64,000 bases of DNA from Chiloscyllium plagiosum. Taxonomy: Eukaryota. The stretch spans positions 76,966,685-77,030,684 of the forward strand of contig NC_057711.1 of assembly GCF_004010195.1 (NCBI RefSeq), read 5' to 3'. The notes beneath the pieces were generated by a model. That model had not been told where the DNA came from. It searched no databases and saw only the letters and a list, made by a program, of their open reading frames with translations. A program made the translations under genes and the position numbers. The stretch's first letter is position 1. Each line of letters begins with the position of its first letter. Positions 58,763 through 64,000 of this stretch are shown piece by piece.

Positions 58763-60815
58763 GAGTCATAGAGATGGACAGCACAGAAACAGACCCTTCA
58801 GTCCAACTCATACATGGCGACCAGATATCCAACCTAATCAAGTTCCATTTGTCAGCACCCAGGCCCTATCCCTCCAAACCCTTACCATTCATATACCCAA
58901 CCAGATGCCTTTTAAATGTTGCAATTGTACCAGCCTCAACTACTTCCTCTGGCAGCTCATTCCATACATGTACCACATTCTGCATGAAATCGTTGCCCCT
59001 TAGGTCCCTTTTATATATTTTCCTTCTTACCCTAAACCTAGGTCCTCTAGTTCTGGACTCCCACACTCCAGGGAAAAGACTTTGTCTATTTATTCTATCC
59101 ATGGCCCTCTGGCAGCTCATTCCATACATGTACCACATTCTGCATGAAATCGTTGCCCCTTAGGTCCCTTTTATATATTTTCCTTCTTACCCTAAACCTA
59201 GGTCCTCCAGTTCTGGACTCCCCCACTCCAGGGAAAAGACTTTGTCTATTTATTCTATCCATGCCCCTCATGATTTTATAAACCTCTATAAGGTCACCCC
59301 TCACCTCTGACGTTCCAGGGAAAACAGCCCAGCCTATTCAGCCTCTCCCTATGGCTCAAATCCTCCAATCCTGGCAACGTCCTTGGGAGTCTTTTCTGAA
59401 CCCTTTCAAGTTTCACAACATCCTTTCGGTACGAAGGAGACCAGGACTACACACAATATTCAAAAAGTGGCCTTACTAACGTCCTTTACAGCTGCAACAT
59501 GACTTCCAAACTCCCATACTCAACTAACTCTGACCAATAAAAAAAAGCATACCAAACACCTTCTTCACTATCCTATCTACCTTTGACTGTACTTTCAAGG
59601 AGCTATGAACTTGTGCTACAAGGTCTCTCTGCTCAGCAACACCTCCGAGGACCTTACCATTAAGTATATAAGTCCTGCTAAGATTTGCTTTCCCAAGAAA
59701 GGTGGTAAGGACAAGCCAAGGAACTATGGACAGGTGAACCTGTCGTCAGTGGTGGGCAAGTTGTTGGAGGGAGTCCTGAGGGACAGGATGTACATGTATT
59801 TGAAAAGACAAGGACTGATTAGGGATAGATCTGACGTAACCTTCTTCGCTGTTCACTACACCTCCAATTTTGGTGTCATCTGCAAACTTACAAACAATAC
59901 CTCCTATGTTCACATCCAAATCATTTATATAAATGACAAAAAGTAGTGGACCCAGCATTGATCCTTGTGGCACTCCACTGGTCATAGGCCTCCAGTCTGA
60001 AAAGCAACCCTCCACCACCACCCTGTCTTCTATCTTCGAGGCAGTTCTGTATCCAGATGGCTAGTTCCCCCTGTGTTCCATGAGATGAAACCTTGCTCAC
60101 CAGTCTCCCACAGGGAACCTTGTTGAACACCTTACTAAAGTCGATACACATGATGTCCACCACTCTGCCCTCATCAATCCTCTTTGTTACTTCTTCAACA
60201 AACTTAATCAAGTTTATGAGACACGAGTTCCCACGCACAAAGCCATCTTGACTATCCCTAATCAGTCCTTGTCTTTTCAAATACATGTACATCCTGTCCC
60301 TCAGGACTCCCTCCAACAACTTGCCCACCACTGACGACAGGTTCACCGGTCCATAGTTCCTTGGCTTGTCCTTACCACCTTTCTTAAATAGTGGTACCAC
60401 ATTAGCCAATCTCCAGTCTTCCGACACCTCAAGGGGCCCAGCAATCACATCCCTAGCTTCTCACAAAGTTCTTGTGTACACTTAATCAGGTCCTGGAGAT
60501 TTATCCACCTTTCTGCCTTTCAAGACATCCAGCACCACCTGCTCTGTAATATGGACATATTTCAAGGTGTCACCATCTATTTCCCTACATTCCATATCTT
60601 CCATGTCCTTTTCCACAGTAAACACTGATGCAAAATACTCATTTATTATCTTCCCCATCTCCTGCAGCTCCACACAAACGCTGCTTTGTTGATCTTTGAG
60701 GGGTCCTATTCTCTCCCTAGTTACCCTTTTGTCCTTAACATATTTGTAAGAATCCTTTGAATTCTCCTCAACCCTATTTGCCAAAGCTATGTCACGCCCC
60801 CCTTTTGCCCTCCTG
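58763..60815 (-). mobile_element. CR1 LINE with an internal tandem duplication and an inverted insertion
   Basis: [61 protein letters not shown]; same subfamily as 56555-58252. Confidence 0.95.
58946..59265. repeat. 160-bp tandem duplication
   Basis: 58946-59105 and 59106-59265 differ at about 3 positions. Confidence 0.93.
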
Positions 60816-61773
60816 TTGTCCAACTCCTAATGTAGTCCAGTTTATAAATAGATTGCAACTTTAGTTAATAAGCCAAATCTCTATTAACAATTTTGAAACA
60901 CATTGTATTTCTATTTATTTTGCTTTGGAATATCAAGCCACCTCTTCCAGGAACTTCAAATGCATTCTCAACTGTTAACCTCTAATGAGGTTACACTATT
61001 GCCATTTACACAAACCCTTCTTTCTCATTTTCCAGAAAACAATTATGAGACTTACAGAGTACCTAATCTCTCTAATTCAAAAAAAAACCTTCATTCGAAC
61101 ACAAACTGAACCAGTTTATCTGATATTTTAAAAAAGCATGCATTAGGATAACTGTCAATTCTATTTCCACAGCATAGCAAGACAATAGCAAGCTTTGCAA
61201 CATTATTGAGGGTTAGGCTTGGTGTAAAAGCTTGCTTTGGCTAGGTATTTCACATGGGCAAATACAAAATCAAAATTTAGCCAATAAAGACAATTTTTGA
61301 CAAAGTTAATGACAGAGGTTAATGAAAAGTCAAAGTCCATTCTTAATTTGTAGCTATTGAATCACTAACCTTCAGACAAAAGCTATACATAAAATATCTC
61401 AAATTATTTTACACAATATAATGTATCCGAATGCAAATAGAATGGTAGAACATTTTGTCTGTTAAATATTAAATAAAACTATCCATTACCACAATATTTG
61501 AAATAAGTGTCATTCCAGTTCACAATAACTCAGACTCTAGGGAGTCATATAATTGCCACATAAATGGGGTTGTTAAAACTTTTCTAACTTTTTTCAATCA
61601 ATAAAGCTTTACTGTTGAGTATCCATTAAGTAACATCAAGGATAGAAAGTTTATTTGCTTTAGCAAGTTGTGGCAACATTTCTCCAATGTTTGGCATGTG
61701 GCACTGTGAATTCTTCAAAGCTTTAAGACCCTTTGGTACTCTCAGTTTTTGTGATATTTTTCCACTACGTCCA

Positions 61774-62035
61774 CACTGTCTGCATGGAGATTGTACATTC
61801 TCCCCTTGTTGGCGTGGGTTTCCTCCAGTTTCCTCCCTCAGTCCAAAGACATGCAGGTTCGGTGAATTGGTCATGCTAAATTGTCCGTAGTGTTCCGGGA
61901 TGTGTAGGTTAAGTGCATTAGTCAGGGTAAATGTAAAGTAATTGGAAGGGGAATGGGTTTGGAAGGTTGGTGTGGACTTGTTAGGTCAAATGGCCTGTTT
62001 CCACACTGTAGAGATTCTATGATTCTGATTCTATG
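61774..62035 (+). mobile_element. 5'-truncated HE1/V-SINE
   Basis: V-domain body and gattctatgattc tail; no tRNA head. Confidence 0.8.
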
Positions 62036-62339
62036 ACATTCCCAAGTTGCTAAGTCAGTCCTTTGGGAGTTGTCATTTTGTTGATTATTCCTGGTTTTCC
62101 AAACATTCTCTCATCTTTCAGGCTGGACTTGAGGGCAGCTACAACTCTCTTCAGCAGGTGTCATGTTGGTCTCATTCTCAGCTAATTCAAGATGATATTT
62201 ACCAAAAAGACATCCAAGACCTGTAAAGCCATCTTAGCACTCTTCTGGGATCTGCTCAGCTGTTAATGGCTTCCTGCTGCTAAAACACTGTAAATGTCTT
62301 CTTCCACATTTAGTATTCTTAGTCCAAGCTTTAGACTTG

Positions 62340-63460
62340 CTCCAGCTGAGATGAAAGGAGATTGCTTAATGTTTCAGCTCTGAACTCCAGATCATATTCT
62401 TCTCATTGCATTGAACTTTTTGTTAGTCCTCTAGAAATGAGGATCATTTCATCATAAATGTAAACTTACCATCAGTGGTTAATTTATGGGTCTGCATCTT
62501 ACACAACTTTGCACCAGCAACTTGCAACGCTCATGATGCTATAGAAAACTGCGCTGACACTTCACACTCAGTTGATGTTCATCTTCTGCAGTTTCACAAA
62601 CCATTTGTCACCATTCGATTTAATGACATTAACCTGTTGAATGTGTTGAGCAATTTTGTTAGAGTTATTGGTTGACAGCTCCTAGTAAACATCTTTATAG
62701 ACATGTTTTGCTTCACTTTTAACTCACAAGCTTTTTAGCTAAGCACTTGTGTGAAGCGAGTCAGCAATTAGATCACTGTTTTTCCCATCTTGGAGATGTT
62801 TACCTTTCATTTGTGTGATGTCCTTCACAACATTGACACTTTTCTCTCTAGCTTTGGCTTTTTTGATGTCTTTTCTCCAAATATTTTTGATTTTTTTCTC
62901 ATTCTCGTTTGGCCTGGCATGTGTCTTAGCATACAGCACAGCTTCATCTGTTCTCCAATCACTAGCTACTCACTGATGACTGAAGTTCTGAGCTTCTGCA
63001 AATGTTGATAGCTTTCTCAAGAGTAAAGTTTTCCTCTCTCAGCAGGCCAGTTTGCATGGCAGCTTTCACATGTCAACGACGATCATATTTCTGAAAAGAT
63101 TATTTTTTGTGTTGGGAGATGCAAATTCACAAGATTCAGTGAGATATGTCAGTGCAGTAACTTACTGATCAATAGTCTACCTCTGCCCAAGCTCTGATGT
63201 TGAGCACATACTGTTCATAAATAGCGTTATATGTGAGATCCAACACGTGTCTTCAAAGCCATCAGGATCTCTGGAGTCTGTTTTTCTGCTCCTCAATGAA
63301 AACTAGGCTGTAGCCCTCTTTCCCCAGCATTGAGAGCAGGAATGCTAGTTTTATTTCCTCAAGTTTTTAAACTAAATCTGTCAGCATATCATCATTTTGC
63401 CAAGGAGTTGTGGAAACATTTCCAGTTTTGTCTCATATCTCTTTCAATTCTACAGCAGAA
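62340..63460 (-). mobile_element. Gypsy-type LTR retrotransposon gag remnant
   Basis: Minus-strand pieces NWKCF, EEIKLAFLLSMLGKRGL, TALTYLTESCEF and LLREENFTLEKAINICRSSE lie in the order of Gypsy gag motifs (LLRExxLTLxKAIxICRAxE). Confidence 0.6.
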
Positions 63461-64000
63461 AGGAATGCAAAATGGAAAGCCACATTGACTCATGCTCATC
63501 CAAGGCTGCAGACTGTGTTTATTTCCATATTTCCTTTGCAGTTTCTATCAGTAGCTAGCTCTCTTTAGGCTCTGAATATCCACACATTTTCAACTTTACA
63601 TTTCTGACACCATTACAATTGATGTGTGTTTAATACTTGCCACAATCTGAACACAAAGAAACACAGAACAAAGGTAGAAGTTGAAATCAATACCTATGAA
63701 AAGTGAGTCAGCACATAAAGTACAGTTGGATTTCTTCAAGAGGGTAGCCAAAGACTTTGGAAAACAATTTTGGATAAAAGTGGTTATGAAGTATATTGGG
63801 GGGGGAAGAAAGAGTCTTCTATTAAATGTAGCTGTAATATGTTTTGCAAATATTTCCTACAGTAGCCCCAATGAGACTATTTGCCATGTACAAATTAATA
63901 TCAGTTTAATGTAACAGCCATTAGTTTGACAACAATGTAGAACTTCTAATTTAAAAAAAAATCAGCCTAAGAAACAAAGGTAAGTTCCATACAAAGTATG

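Noticed and set aside
44424..64000. PCA3 homologue or upstream PRUNE2 exon
   Set aside because: No recognisable similarity. The ORFs at 50783-50977 and 51386-51583 do not resemble the expected PRUNE2 peptide.
1..64000. CRISPR array, prokaryotic operon or viral insert
   Set aside because: No repeat-spacer pattern, gene-dense segment or viral ORF seen; content is typical vertebrate intron plus exons.

Overview
Vertebrate nuclear DNA, almost certainly a shark (inferred from abundant HE1/V-SINE-type SINEs, their CR1/HER1-type LINE partners and a Deu-domain SINE). The window lies inside PRUNE2 (BMCC1) on the minus strand. Three splice-compatible coding exons are visible: a 159-bp exon (44265-44423), a giant 6,083-bp exon (28567-34649) and a 117-bp symmetric exon (25902-26018). 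The upstream DHH-domain exons and the downstream BNIP2/BCH exons were not found and presumably lie outside the window. The rest is intron densely filled with decayed transposons: CR1 LINEs, a second CR1/L2-group LINE, RTE, Penelope-like elements, Tigger-type MITEs, and Harbinger and Gypsy remnants. There is one 786-nt N gap. Most notable observations: (1) three distinct Penelope-type repeat families each carry a minimal hammerhead-ribozyme core with covarying stem II, some as fold-back elements; (2) the giant exon hides a degenerate 18-aa tandem repeat with Trp-centred motifs; (3) several locally templated inverted insertions and duplications; (4) a tail-to-tail CR1 pair in the intron whose human counterpart hosts the antisense PCA3 RNA. 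No wholly new system is established from sequence alone. Comparisons with human PRUNE2 and with repeat families are from memory, not from a search.
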